64,000 nt of DNA, taken from NCBI RefSeq assembly GCF_006345805.1, contig NC_043000.1, forward strand, positions 57,784,001-57,848,000. Direction: 5' to 3'. This document shows positions 12,428 through 26,433 of this stretch, piece by piece. This DNA is from Octopus sinensis (Eukaryota). The stretch's first letter is position 1; every line of letters begins with the position of its first letter. The notes under the pieces are model-generated. The model did not search any database, was not told where the DNA came from, and saw nothing but the letters and a program-made list of their open reading frames with translations. Made by a program: the position numbers and the translations under genes.

Positions 12428-14360
12428 ACCTTCGACCATAATCCCAACCTGACACCTCCACACTTTGTCTGGCCAAACTTGTTCTCTCCCTCAACTTCTT
12501 CTCGTATGTGGGGGATTTTTTACAAAACGTTCTCAGGAGTGGCCATGGGAACAACAATGGGCCCCAACTATGCAAACTTGTTCGTTGGCTATGTTAAGGC
12601 CTAGCTTTTCTCACGATTCACTGGTCCCACTTCTGAACTATATGGTCATTATATTGATGACTGTATTGGTGCGACCTCACTCTCCCATGTACAACTAGAC
12701 TCCTTCCTCTCTTTTGTCCAATTCTTCCATCCTGCCCTTGAATTCTCCTGCACTATTTCCAACATTTCTGTCACATTATTTGGCATTTTGGTCAACAAAC
12801 ACCATTCTGCTCTTACTACCTCCATCTACTAGAAACACACCAACTCACACTCATACCATAACTTCTCCTCCTCCCACCCAACCCATTCCAAGCTCGCCTT
12901 CCTGTACTCCCAATTCCTCAGTCTGCTCAGGCTCTGCAGTGACAACCATGACTTTGAGACTAAATCTTAACTCATGGCTCACCACTTCCTCCTTTGTAAA
13001 TATCCCCTCACCACTATCCACACAGCCCTTGCCAGAGCATGTTCTGTGGATTGCGCCTCTGCTCTCTCTCCCCTCACCTGCCCCACCATTGCCTCAGTCT
13101 GCTCAGGCTCTGCAGTGACAACCATGACTTTGAGACTAAATCTCAACTCATGGCTCACCACTTCCTCCTTTGTAAATATCCCCTCACCACTATCCACACA
13201 GCCCTTGCCAGAGCCTGTTCTGTGGATTGCACCTCTGCTCTCTCTCCCCTCACCTGCCCCACCATTGCCTATCTCCTGTTTCCCCTCACCTATCACCCCA
13301 CTACCCTTGAATGCACCATTCTCTGAGCCTTCCTGTGACTTCAGTCTGACCCCTCCACCTTGTACATCTTCCCCAATCTACCCCTTTCCTCCTTCAAATG
13401 AGCCCACAACCTGTGTGACCTTCTGGTCTGCAGTTTCTGCTCTAACCCCACCTCCCAAACTGGCTTTTTACCCTGCTTCCACCTACACTGCTGCACTTGA
13501 CCTACCTCTCCAACACAACCATGCTCACAGGCACCCATCACTGTCCCTATCATATCACCGACTCCTTTAACTGCACTTCTAGTATTGCCATTTACTGCAT
13601 CTCCTGCACTTTCTGTACATCGGTTAAATGGAATGCTGCTTGGCTGACTGGTTTGTGGAGCACCTCTGAGACATCAGACTCAGCAATGACACCCCAGTCT
13701 CATGCCATTTCTGCTCTACCGGTCATTCAGTACAACACCTGTATGTGTTTGGATTGTTTTTGCATAGGGGCCATCCAGACTCCCACCTTCGCCATGAACA
13801 AGAATTAATCTTCTCTTTGCTCCTTTGTGCCACATGAGCTCAACTTCCCTCCTCTCATCTCTTCATTTGACACCTACTTCCTCTCTTCACTCCCACCCAC
13901 TTCTCTCCTCTCTTCCTCTTCACCCCTGCCCACCTTCTTTCTTCATTGATACCTCTCACACCCACACACTCCACTCCCATATAGCCTACCACTACCCCAC
14001 ACATTACTGATGCACACACACATCCACATGTCAAAGTCACTAGCCCCTATCCACACCCACATACATTCTCACATACACACACACCTTCGTTTTGGGATCA
14101 CCAATACTTTATTATCTCCCTTTCTTTTTACCTCTCCCGTCAAGCCTTTTTTTTCCCAACCAGTCACTATGCTTGATCACTAAAACCACAATGTTTTTTA
14201 TTCTCTTTCTGCTTATTTTCTCTTATTCCTTTCTGTTGAAGAGATTAGGCTCGAAACTTAAAAGACTTTCTCAATTTCCCAAGCAAGTGCCAAACTAATA
14301 CACCTGTTTGTTGTACATACACCTGTCTTCATCTTTTGTTTTTCTGTAAATTTCAACTAT
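12428..14360 (+). mobile_element. Penelope-like element, 5'-truncated and decayed: RT, GIY-YIG endonuclease and terminal unit
   Basis: RT motifs GVAMGTTMGPNYANLFVGYV (12536-12595) and YIDD (~12650). GIY-YIG region SFNCTSSIAIYCISC...YIG*...EHL*DIRL (13560-13680). Pyrimidine-rich tract, then a ~200-bp terminal unit ending in (TA)n. Confidence 0.9.
12916..13270 (+). repeat. 176-bp tandem duplication inside the Penelope ORF
   Basis: 12916-13091 and 13092-13267 differ at 3 positions; cct microhomology at the junction; length is not a multiple of 3. Confidence 0.95.
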
Positions 14361-17300
14361 ATATATGATGGACTCTCCCTCTGAATATGATGTATGAGCT
14401 TTCAGCTTTTGCTGAACGACCTACACAAATGATTTGCTCATAGTGATCAAATGTTTGTGCCTCACATTAGCTCACTCTCTTCATCAAATTGACGTTGTCT
14501 GAATAGGTGTACTGTGTGCCATGTGTCAGGGTGTTGAAGTGACTGCAGAGCAATGTTAGATGAGGAGTTTTGCTCAAGGACACAACACACCACCAAGTCT
14601 ATGAATTGAAATCATGATCTAGCAATTGTGAGTGCAACACTCTCACCACTAGGTCATGTGCTCACACACACACACACAAACTTAAACATGACCTTGGTTT
14701 TAAGAAGCTTGCTATTTCACAGTTATATAATTTCAGATTGATCCTGTTGTGTTGCACCTTGAAAGAGTACCTTCTATAGCTTCAGGTCAAACAAAGCTTT
14801 GCAGATTAAATTTGGTGGTTGGAAACCTTACAGAAGTCTGACAGATATGTATATATTTGCACATGTGTGTATGTGTGCATATGTAAATGAGTGTGTGTAC
14901 ATATGCATATATGTGAGTGTATGTACATGCATATGTAGGTATGAGTGTATGTATGTTTGTGTCTCCTTTTCTTGCCATTGCAGGGTAATTGTAAACAAAC
15001 TTCACCATCATAGATGTAGTGTTGTTTGTTTGCAACATGTCAAGCCATTGTAACCTTCATGCTTAGAAACAGGTGAGCATTGGTGACTATTCAATTACTT
15101 TTTGTTCTCCTAACTTAACAGAAAGCCTTAACACCAACATGTTTTGTTTTTGTAAAACAAAATATCAACAGGTTATTCTTTTATCTTATATGCAAACAGG
15201 TTTTGGTACTAGAATGTTTTGCAACAAAGAATAATTATGTCTGACATCATTAAAATAGAAACTATTAGATAAATTAATCTTAAGAAATATATCTAAAACT
15301 GTGCACAAGCCTTGATTTCCACATTGATAGAACTATCTTTTTTTTTTTAAATTTAGGCATCCACTTGAGTTATATTGTCGTTAATACAAACAAATTTCTG
15401 ACATTTCAGAAACATGACTCTCATTCACTCTTTACGCACAAAATTCCTACAAATTAGGTATTTTTCAATGGAAATTAGTCAAATGAGTAACCCTAACAAA
15501 GAACTCTTCAGGTCCGAGTACTTAATTTGGAAGTTACTCCATTTAGTGCCAGAAATTACTGAATCTCTGGAAGATAAGTAAATTAATGGACCAGAAAGAG
15601 AAAAGGTAAATTTTCTTCTGGCAAGATATGAAGAAAATGAATGAAAATTAGGTTTTGCAAAATTTCCAGTCCAACCTTCTAGTAACTTTGCTTTCTCCAC
15701 CTCACTACTTACAACAAATTATTTTCTTTACAATATCTTACTCTGTTTAACCAATGGTGTTTTCATTTATATCTCACCAACACAACAAAACAGAAGCCTT
15801 ATCAGAAAGCTGTTATGAGGTTGTCAACCTGCTAGAAATTATCTCATTCTGCTCAAATCACACTTTACTGTCTTTGACAGAAAGGACACATTGGATAATG
15901 TAGTGCTGGATATATTATCTGAAAATAAGATGAGGTGGTTATGGCTGGAAGGCTTTTATCATAGATCTACATGATCACAGCTGATCTGGAGCTACACAAC
16001 AACATCAACCAGACCAGAACTGAAATATCCTTCTTCAGTTCTTGGTCCATACATACAATCTCTTTCCTTTGATTTTTCAACCATTATTAGAATAAATGAT
16101 ATTCATAGTATTGGTTGTCTTCTTCTTTGTCTTCTTCCTATTGCCACTTCTAATTTAATGTTTTCCCATGGTTCTGTCATTCTTCCAGAGAATTTTTCCT
16201 TCATTTAACACTCACATTGCTTCAGAGCATGCATTTATCCAATTATTAACCTAAAGCATTTTGGAAAATAAAAAAAGATAACTGTATCAGCCATTTTAGC
16301 AGCATTAACATAAAACTATCTTATTCTTGTATTGCTTCAACAAAATCTCTATAATTATATGAGTCTACCTCTTCCACTATAAGACAGAATTAATTGAAAT
16401 GAATTTCTGTAATTTTTCATTCATAATGACATACAAATTCTCTTATTTAGAGTTTCATTGGGAGCTGCAACTAGTCTAATAAATAAGGAGACAGACTGGG
16501 GGCTAAATGGTCAACATTTCATATCTTATCAATAATTCTGAATTCTTGGCAAAGGTGACTTTCAATGACTCAGTCCATTCAGATGTAAACAAGTAACACA
16601 CAAATGCACAGATCACTCCTGTCAGCATCAAGTGCAACTCCAGGTTAATGATAAGTATTTTATAAGCGTTTGGTGCAAAGCTTATATGGTTTTAAGTGCA
16701 AAATTTGTGATAAACTGACATTTTTATTAAGTTGTAGAGATGTCATTTAACTGTTTGATACCTTGAAAAACAGGAATAAGCTCCAAATCACAACAACATT
16801 TACAAGTAAGTGGTGAACATAAATAAAACAAACAAAGATTGTGTGTCTAGTGCTAATGAATGTATAGAATGAATGTATGTCATAGGTGAATTAAGAAATA
16901 ATAAATCAATAAAAATGGCCTGGAAAAATAACTTTCAATGAGAGCTGAATAGAAGTAAAGCAAGGCCAGGAGAAATCTTGGTTCAGGAAAGCATACTCAA
17001 ACCATATTTACCTATTGATTATGCTATATTATTTTATAAAATGTAATTTCTAATTGCTGACTGGTCTAGAAGGGGAAGTATAAAAAGTATAAAGCTGTGC
17101 TGCATGAATTAGTGCCAGCAACATCTGTTGCTCATAGTCACTTTAACTAAACAATAGCTAACACAGGCAAGCTCTAAGTGTGTAGGTATTTCCCAATAGT
17201 TGTTTCCTTAAGGATTCTACCATCAAAAGACTGTCCTAAATTACACTGCAGTTTAATTCTTTCATAGGCCAAGAATTTTATATTGAAATTGTTTCATTAA

Positions 17301-17934
17301 ATTTTTTTTCTATTTATATTTTTTCACTACATTAATCATTTACATATTCCAAAAATTATATATTACATTTGATATATTTCAAAAGGAATATATCAATATT
17401 CATTATTTTGTGAATGCAACATGACTTGATAGTAAGCCAGTTTCTTGGTCCCTGTTTCTCTTATTTTCCTTCTGTAGAAAATCCACAAATTTCAAACCAG
17501 TGCCAAAAATGAACGAGTTTGATTAAGCATGCTTTGATTTTTATGTTAATACAACTTGTATCTTATGAAGCTTGTACTTGTTGAATAACTAAGTAATGAT
17601 TCATGTGTCATATTAGAACTTTGATTTTGTTCAAGAAAATAAATATTTATTTAAACGACAATATACTGTATTTATTAAAAATGCAGCGTATTGAATTTAT
17701 AAATAGTTAAGAAAATCAAAAATAAATACAAATAATGCAGAAGTGTATTACTAAGTACCTTCAATAAGATTTATCAGGTGACCTCAAGTTTTTAAAACAC
17801 TTCTCATTGCAACACTAAACTTTGTCAATATACAATGCAAGTAAATTTGATAAATACTTTGATACAAGTTTATAGGTAAATTAATTTTAAATACTTCAAT
17901 TTTAATTAGAAAACATTGATTCCATAGTCTTACA

Positions 17935-18191
17935 CAGTGGTGGACTGGGTCTAAAAATATTGGTTGCCAGGAGACTAAGGGGGCCCATCTACAACTACAA
18001 TGCTATCATTTAATTTTTTTTTTTGTTAAAAGTATTCTTTTCAACTGTCTACAAACATAGCCAGGCTGAAATAATTAATGCATTCTTCCAGGAGTGAATA
18101 AATGATTCTCAAACTTGAGGGGATGGGCCCCTTAAATACTAACAGCAGAGGGGCCCACTTGCCATCAGGCAAGCTGGCCAGTCTGCCACTG
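17935..18191. mobile_element. hAT-type MITE (257 bp) with 8-bp TSD
   Basis: TIRs CAGTGGTGGACTGG / CCAGTCTGCCACTG (12/14). Flanks gtcttaca (17927-17934) and gtctcaca (18192-18199). Three internal GGGCCC motifs. Confidence 0.85.
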
Positions 18192-18380
18192 GTCTCACAT
18201 TATTCTGAACTGTTGTGAATATTTATGGCTAACTTAATTTAGTTTTCTTAGTTTCTGCAGCTGGGGAAACAGTCCTACCTTCTAGAAGAACTGACTTCCT
18301 TGTTAAGGTGGTTATTTTTCTTTCTCCAGATGGGAAATAGCCATCTGTTCCACCTCATAGAATTGCAATATACTTAAGCA

Positions 18381-18497
18381 ATGATTTATAAAATCATTCT
18401 GTTTGTCACTATATGTGTTCACTTGATACACTGTAACAATCTTGATCTTTGGAATGAAATTGAAAATACAACTAAAGCATTTAACATATTGAGACAA
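18381..18497 (+). CDS. Candidate first coding exon of a secreted or membrane protein (signal-peptide-like)
   Basis: ATG at 18381 gives MIYKIILFVTICVHLIHCNNLDLWNEIENTTKAFNILRQ, then a phase-0 donor CAA|gtttga. Strong acceptor ttttctttctccag lies ~50 nt upstream. Pattern only; T-rich DNA can mimic this. Confidence 0.25.
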
Positions 18498-18809
18498 GTT
18501 TGAATGTAAAAGTTTAAGAATGAAATCAAAAGCATTAATAACTATAGAATGAAACTGAGAACATTATACCAGTAATTGAAATATTTAACATAATGAAACA
18601 ATGTTCTGAAGATTCATAATTCAATTATTAAAACAAATAAGAGCATTCATTGATCATGGAATTTGTACCAGTCAGGCTAGTTTAATATTATTTTCTCTAG
18701 TCTACAAAGCTGTGAAACTGATGTGACACTCTCATCCTATTTAGGAGTGGAATAATTTGGCTAAAATGAACACCTAGCCATAAAAATGAATATACATTAT
18801 AAAAAAAAC

Positions 18810-19199
18810 TCTTAACTCTTAATTGTTTCAGTCATTTGACTGCGGCCATGCTGGAGCACCACCTTTAGTTGAGCACATCGACCCCAGGACTTATTCTTTG
18901 TAAGCCTAGTATTTATTCTATCAGTCTCTTTTGCCGAATTGCTAAGTTACGGGGACATAAACACGCCAGCATCAGTTGTCAAGCGAAGTTGTGGGGACAA
19001 ACACATACACACACACACACATATATATACATATATACAACGGGCTTCTTTCAGTTTCCATCTACCAAATCCACTCACAAGGCTTTGGTCAGCCCGAGGC
19101 TATAGTAGAAGACAGTTGCCCAAGGTGCCACACAGTGGGACTGAACCCGGAACCATGTGGTTGGTAAGCAAGCTACTTACCACACAGCCACTCCTGCAC
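18810..19199 (-). mobile_element. Near full-length tRNA-derived SINE
   Basis: Colinear with the copies at 22051, 41337 and 48757. Confidence 0.92.
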
Positions 19200-19744
19200 A
19201 TTAAAAACATATGCAATTAAATATCCATATAACAAATAAAAAAAAATAAAACAGATAAAAAAAAGAAAGGAAACAGTACAACAAAAAAGAAAAGATGATT
19301 CTATTCTACCATACAGAATACAGAATACAGCGGCAGCCAAGATACAGTGGAATGGGAGTACTGGTGACCAAATCAACAAAAAAAAAACTTACTATTTTTG
19401 TGAATATAACATTGTTTACTTGATTTAAATAACCACAATGACTCTACTACACTCTAATTAACACTAATAATGTTTCCATTAAAAAGTAAAAAAATGTATC
19501 AAAATAAATCTGATATTTTCAACAGATTAAAATTAACAGTGAAAGATTAACTGATGATCTGAGCTTAAACAGAGCATGATAGATATATGAACATGAAAAT
19601 CAGTTAATAAAGTTACATATTTAAAAAAATGTCTTCATGGAGTCAACTGTTAAATTTCCAAAATACATCTCTGAAAATATGTGATTAAAAATATTCCTTC
19701 AGTTTTCATATACCAGCTTTCATCATCAATATCATATATTCCTA

Positions 19745-19945
19745 AGGCAGTGAGCTGGGAAAATTGTTAGCATGCCAGTCAAAATGCTTAGCGGCATTTC
19801 ATCTTTAAGTTCCGAGTTCAAATTCTGCCTAGGTTGACTTTGCCTTTCACCCTTTCAGAGTTGATAAATAAGCACTGGGGTCAATGTAATGAACTTACCC
19901 CCTCCCCCAAAATTGCTGGCATGAGACAAAATTTGAAACCAATAT
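19745..19945 (+). mobile_element. Second SINE family (gagctgg...ttcaaattc...gactttgcctttc...cactggggtc)
   Basis: Same sequence recurs at ~21700-21860(-), 25190-25385(+), 35855-36058(-), 56160-56380(-) and 56460-56660(+). Confidence 0.75.
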
Positions 19946-21281
19946 CACATATTCTTAATAAATCTTTTGACCAAACATAGAAATTAATTAAACTTAACTG
20001 ATATGATTGAAGTCACTATGTTTCCAACAAATGAAATTTGAAAAGGTTTTATCTCCTTATTTTTTTGTATTAAATCTATTGATATTGTTTAGTGTCAGGT
20101 CAGTTCTGATCAAGCAGGCCTATGAATCAAAGATATTGCAGCCTTGGCCAACATATTTTTTTGATAAGCTAGAACAACAATACCTAATGAGGCCTTCCAT
20201 TTTAAAGACAGTAGAGCTATTTGGCTGCTATTTCAGACAGTTGAACAGCAACATAGAGCTTCATCATTACAAACTAATTGGTTATTGCAATTTATTTTAT
20301 TCCTGTCAGTATTCAAGTTTTTCAGATGTGACAAGCCATGTCTGTAGAGTTTGGAAACTGCGTGGAGTGAATACTATAGATAAATTGCTAATTGCATCTC
20401 AATTAATCAATAATTTTAAGATTGATAAACTAGTATTTAACCAGTTTCTTGCATTCCCAGAGTTTAATTAACATTATTAATGAAAGCATACTAAGAAATA
20501 ATAATTTAAATATCTAATATTGATGTAAAGATCAATTAAAATAATGACATTATTGCCTCAACTGAAGAAGACTTATCAAATAATTTAATCAACATGATTG
20601 TATGTGCAAGTTTGCAAATGTGTTTTAGAGTGTGTGTTTGTGGCATGTACATGAAATATTATGGAGATAACTATAATGCAGATTAATTTTTGTTATTCAA
20701 TTTCTATTTTCACCTTATACTGCAGCAGAGTGTATATCTCTTAAAGTGTTTGTCACAAAAGCCTCTGATAAACCCATTTCTACATATTTAAAACTGTATT
20801 TCCTACATCAAGCCTATATGTGTTTTTCAATTATAAGGTTATGAAATTATCAAGAAATACTTAATATAATATGCAAGTGGGATTTCAAATATACTTATAA
20901 TGGATTTGTTATTAAATATTAAATAAACTTATTACAGATTTGTTGAATATTTGGTACAAAACCTTAAAACAGCCCTATCATGGAATTCAAGAATAAACAA
21001 ATATGCCCATAAATACTGAAAAAGAAGTAAAATAGATGACTGATGAAAATGTTAGACTTTTAACTAGTGGTTTGTGAATTTAAATAACCCTTTCAGATAT
21101 TTTGGCTTGATTTGGACAGTCACATAATTCTATACAGTTTAATTTACTTAGCTGTCAAGAAAGACATTAGAAACTTTAGGTATGTTACCTGCTATAGACC
21201 AGGATCCTTTCTAGAGAGAAAATTATTTTTCTTCCATATAAAACCACAAAATCAGAATTAATTACAAACATGATGAATATA

Positions 21282-21560
21282 GTGAAAGCATGTGGCCTAG
21301 TGGGTATAGTGTTGCACTTATGATTGCAAGATTGTAGTTTCAATTCCTGGACCAGTTGTGTTGTGCTCTTGAGCAAAACACTTCATTTCACGTTGCTCCA
21401 GCCATCTCAGCTGTAAATGAGAAAACCCTGCAGTGGGTTGGTGTCCTCTTCAGGCAGAATGTTGTGATATCAATCGCTTACATACCATGGAAACTAGGCA
21501 ACTAATGCTATGAGTCCTTGGACCCAAGACAGTAAAGACTCATGTATATGTGTCTGCATG
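21282..21560 (+). mobile_element. Third tRNA-derived SINE family
   Basis: A-box-like tggcctagtggg, B-box-like gtttcaattcc, then ttgagcaaaacacttcatttcacgttgctccag. Related copies at ~42020-42240(+) and ~14400-14660(-). Confidence 0.7.
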
Positions 21561-22050
21561 TGCATGTAGGGTTTACTAATAGATATTCAAACTGTTGTTG
21601 CTTTAATACATATTTTACTTTAATAAATATTTTAATGAATTTCGAGACACAGCTACAAAATATAAAATACCTTATATTTTGAAGGTGAGTCCAAGTCAAT
21701 TAATTGACCCCAGTGCTCAACTGGTACTTACTTTATCGACCCTGAAAGGATGAAAAGTGAAAGTCAACTCCAGTAGCATTTGAACTCAGAACATAAAATC
21801 AGAAGAAATGCTTCTAAGCATTTTTCCTGGCACAGTGACATTCCGCCAGCTTGCCACCTTAACAAGATATAAAATACTATAACTAAGGTTTGCCATTAAT
21901 TTACTCAACGAAGCTGCTGTACCCCAATAAAAAAGAAAAAGAAAACTTGAATAACAGCTTAGCAAATTTATGGCAAGCTGAATATTTAGGAGCAACCTAA
22001 AACAATAGTTTTCTGGATTGGGCTGCAGTTAAATCTAATCAGAGAAAACC

Positions 22051-22465
22051 TTACTCTTTTACTCTCTTTTACTTGTTTCAGTCATTTGACTGCGGCCCTG
22101 CTGGAGCACCGCCTTTAGTCGAGCAAATTGACCCCAGGACTTATTCTTTGTAAGCCCAGTACTTATTCTATCGGTCTCTTTTGCCGAACCGCTAAGTGAC
22201 GGGGACGTAAACACACCAGCATCGGTTGTCAAGCAATGCTAGGGAGACAAACACAGACACACAAACACATACATATATATATATATATATATACATATAT
22301 ACGACAGGCTTCTTTCAGTTTCCATCTACTAAATCCACTCACAAGGCATTGGTCGGCCCGGGGCTATAGCAGAAGACACTTGCCCAAGATGCCATGCAGT
22401 GGGACTGAACCCGGAACCATGTGGTTGTTAAGCAAGCTACTTACCACACAGCCACTCCTGCGCCT
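22051..22465 (-). mobile_element. Full-length, young tRNA-derived SINE
   Basis: Reverse complement begins aggcgcaggagtggctgtgtgg (A box) ... gggttcagtcc (B box); internal (TA)/(TG)n; tail ...gactgaaacaagtaaaagagagtaaaagagtaa. Confidence 0.95.
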
Positions 22466-23821
22466 ATATACTCCAACATGTAATAATTGATGTGTAAAGT
22501 AGTGAGGTAGTAGAGGCATGATCCATCTGTTTTCTTTTTGTTATTTGGTTAAGAGCTCTAATAATTGCACAAAGAGAAGTAGATATGATAAAACTGATTA
22601 CTGCATCATAACAGTTTTTAAACTAATAGACAAAACATGAACATGTTGACTTTTCTCTTAACCTTAGTTTTTTGTGGGGATTTATTGAAGCTGCTCTGTA
22701 AGTTCAAACTATAATTTGGGTTTAGTGCAGAAATTAACATTGCACTCATTTCTGTAAATATATAATACCTAAGTGATTTTTGCCTTTTTTATTTATCTTC
22801 ATGAGGCTGAGAGAAGAGAGAGAATAGTTGCTTCTCTCACAAAGGTTTATATTTTAGTGAAGAAGAATAACATAATTTAATTTTCTCATTTAATGAAAAT
22901 AAATAAAATCTCTTACTTCAGCAATTACTACCTAAAAATAAATATGTCTTTAAAAAAAAACAACACCAAAACCCTGTATATTTGAGTTAACTATATGCGA
23001 TTTTCACTGTTTATCATCACAGAATTACCTAACAAGACAACTAAAGCTTATAAATGATAATATATTTTACATAGACTTGATGTAGATTTCTTTGTAATTA
23101 ATGTGAAATGCAAAAATCATGCTAGTCATGCAGTTCTCCAGAGTCCTTGTAATCTAAGTGCACCAGTTTCACCTAGGCTGCATGTAACACTTTATTAACA
23201 CATTTTTTAATGCATGGAGCCTTACAGAAAGCTAAGTAAAAACAAATATGTAGAGAGACCCACCACTACCACTCTTGCACCAAAAAAACGAACAGAAAAA
23301 GCAAAATTCAATGATTATTTCCAAGAGTTTACCACTACTGCTTGACACATGAAAAATTCATAATTGACAAATATATATTAGCAACAGAGGCAGCATTAAT
23401 ACTTTCAGGTAATATTTATCAGCACTTAAATGTGGATATTTTATTAGAACAAATTCTACTGTGGTAGTTACCATGAAAGCGACTCTCACATTGGCTTTTT
23501 GGTGCAAAATGCACTCTTGTTTATATCACTAGTGGGGAGATATATCCTTACTACCTCCAGCGCCAAGCCCACCGTTATTTTACATAGGCAATAAAACTAA
23601 GAATTATATTCCCACATGAATAGGAAGTTGTGATGTTCATGCCTTTCGCAAAGGTATTAATTTAAATGAAGTGAGAATAAATTTTGACTGGGAATGGGGA
23701 CTGAGTGGTGAACTTTATCGCCATGAACTTACTTGTGTCACACTATGACAGCTGACATATACTCACACAAAAATGGCTTACATTACATTGTTTTCTACAT
23801 ATTTTAACACTGGAACAATGC

Positions 23822-24520
23822 CATAAACTTGCAGTGGAGAACATAGTCAATTGAATCAATACAAGTGTATGACTGGTATTTCTTTTTGTCAACCTCCACT
23901 ACTGTAATAAAAGGCAACATCAAACACTGACTTCAGCAAGGAATTGATTTCAGAACTGAGAGGCATATCTAAATGCTGAGACACATTTATTTCAATGCTC
24001 TACTCTTTCTAACAGGACACTGCTATAAAAAAAAAGCTCATGAATAATAAAAGTGTCAACATTGGTTAAGTCAACATTTTCTGATGAAGTTGAACGAAAA
24101 GAAAAATTACAACACAATTTACCTAAAACTAGTTACTTAGCAATCATTACATGAATTGTTGAGCAAATATTTAATTTTTTATTATTAGAAATACTATTCT
24201 GATTAATTGATCACATAGGTACACATAAACTTGCAGTGGAGAACATAGTCAATTGAATCAATAGTCAATTGAATCAATACAAGTGTATGACTGGTATTTC
24301 TTTTTGTCAACCTCCACTACTGTAATAAAAGGCAACATCAAACACTGACTTCAGCAAGGAATTGATTTCAGAACTGAGAGGCATATCTAAATGCTGAGAC
24401 ACATTTATTTCAATGCTCTACTCTTTCTAACAGGACACTGCTATAAAAAAAAAGCTCATGAATAATAAAAGTGTCAACATTGGTTAAGTCAACATTTTCT
24501 GATGAAGTTGAACGAAAAGA
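23822..24520. repeat. Near-perfect 281-bp direct duplication (23822-24102 and 24224-24520) with a 121-bp spacer
   Basis: Copies look identical apart from an extra 16-bp atagtcaattgaatca in copy 2. Confidence 0.95.
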
Positions 24521-24599
24521 TGCTTATGCCTGCTTTGCAGTGTATTTTGTTAGTATATCATATTTTATGTGCAGTTATGCTTGTGTGTGTGTATATATA

Positions 24600-24660
<61 letters not shown>

Positions 24661-24897
24661 ATGCAGTTAAAAATATAGGCACCAGGAGAAAGAAAATGAT
24701 TGATGAAGAACTAAGATGAAACATGGGATCAAGTACGTTGGTGTGGTTGAGAAGAATGCTTTGTAATGATGAGGTCCAGGAAATGTGAAATAACAGTGTC
24801 CTACCAAGAGTATCTTCCCTAGCTTCTGATTGGCTAATAACTTGTGAGTAGAATATGATACATGAAAACTTTGGAAGCACATCATATGTGTGTGTGG

Positions 24898-24945
<48 letters not shown>

Positions 24946-25148
24946 GGATAAGATTGTTAATTTAAATATCGATCTGATCAAGTGGCCAGCATGGGAATAA
25001 AAAACTTCAAAGGTAATAATTATTATTAAAATTATAATTTAGGGTATCAAAGAGATATTGCCACGCTTGAAATAGCAGCCAAAATCTGACTCTAAAACCA
25101 CATTAAATGTTCATACAGCACCAGGAGAGAAGACAAAATATCCCAAAT

Positions 25149-25191
<43 letters not shown>

Positions 25192-25412
25192 CCATTAGCA
25201 CGCTGGGCGAAATTGCTTAGCAGTATTTCGTCTGTCATTACATTCTGAGTTCAATTTCTGCTGAAGCTGACTTTGCCTGTCATCCTTTTGGGAGTTGATT
25301 AAATAAGCACCAGTTACGCACTGGGGTCAATGTAATCGACTTAATCCCTTTGTTTGTCCCCTCTATGTTTAGTCCCCTGTGGGCAAAAAAAAAAAAAAAA
25401 ATATATATATAT

Positions 25413-25453
<41 letters not shown>

Positions 25454-26082
25454 CACACATATATATATGACAGGCTTCTTTCAGTTTCTATCTACCAAAT
25501 CCACTCACAGGGCTTTGGTTGGCTCAAGGCTAAAGTAGAAGACATTTCCCCAGGGTTCCACCCAGTGAGACTGAACCTGGAACCACGTGGCTGTGAAGCA
25601 AACTTCTTACCACACAGCCATGCACACACACACACAAAATGACTTCTTTCAGTTTCCATCTACCAAATCCACTCACAAGGATTTGGTCAGCTTGGGGCTA
25701 TAGTGGAAGATATCTGCGCAAGGTGCAATGCAATGAAACTGAACCCAAGACTACATGATTAGGAAGCAAACTTCTTAACTACACAGCCATGTCTGCATTA
25801 GTTTTTGATGATAAGTATTCAACTGAATTATCCAATCATTGAATTAGCACGCAAGTGGCTGAGTATTCCAGAGACACATGTACTCTGAAAGTAATCTTCA
25901 GATAGAAACAGCATGAGTCAGTGTGCAACAAAATTGGATTCTTGAATTACAGGTATATTCTGCCTGATGGGTTTTCACCCACTATCTGTTTACCTTCCTT
26001 TACTCACAAGGTTTTGATCAACCCAAAGCTATGGTAAAAAACATTTGCTCAAGATGCCATGAAGTGGAATAAAATCTGAGGT

Positions 26083-26142
<60 letters not shown>

Positions 26143-26147
<5 letters not shown>

Positions 26148-26433
26148 GAGGCACATATAGACTCGCGGTTGTAGGATCGCAGTTTCGATTCCCAAACCGG
26201 GCCTTGTGAGTGTTTATTGAACGAAAACACCTAAAGCTCCATGAGGCTCTGGCAGGTGGTGGTGGCGATCCCTGCTGTACTCTTTCACCACAACTTTCTT
26301 TCACTCTTCCTTCTGTTGGCCTGCTCGCTTAGCCAGCAGGGTGGCGTCATTTGAAGGCTAAAGCAATGCGAAGCGCATTGTGACCAGCGATGTGTAGTAA
26401 CATCTGATAGACTGGTTGGTCACGGTAATCACG

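Noticed and set aside
12974-13570. Pro/Ser-rich 198-aa ORF
   Set aside because: Off-frame reading of the duplicated Penelope region.
21198-22931. Minus-strand micro-exon candidates 22917-22931 (VVIAE) and 21198-21219 (KGSWSIAG)
   Set aside because: Splice signals are good, but such short matches are expected by chance and no larger exon supports them.
23450-23750. Protein-like plus frame (...PPAPSPPLFYIG...GSCDVHAFRKGINLNEVRINFDWEWGLSGELYRHEL)
   Set aside because: Interrupted by TAG and TGA; no consistent splice sites, no SECIS seen, no recognisable family.
24079-24102. ctgatgaagttgaacgaaa resembles a hammerhead core (also at 24498-24517)
   Set aside because: Stem II would need a 1-nt loop, and no stem I/III or NUH triplet follows.
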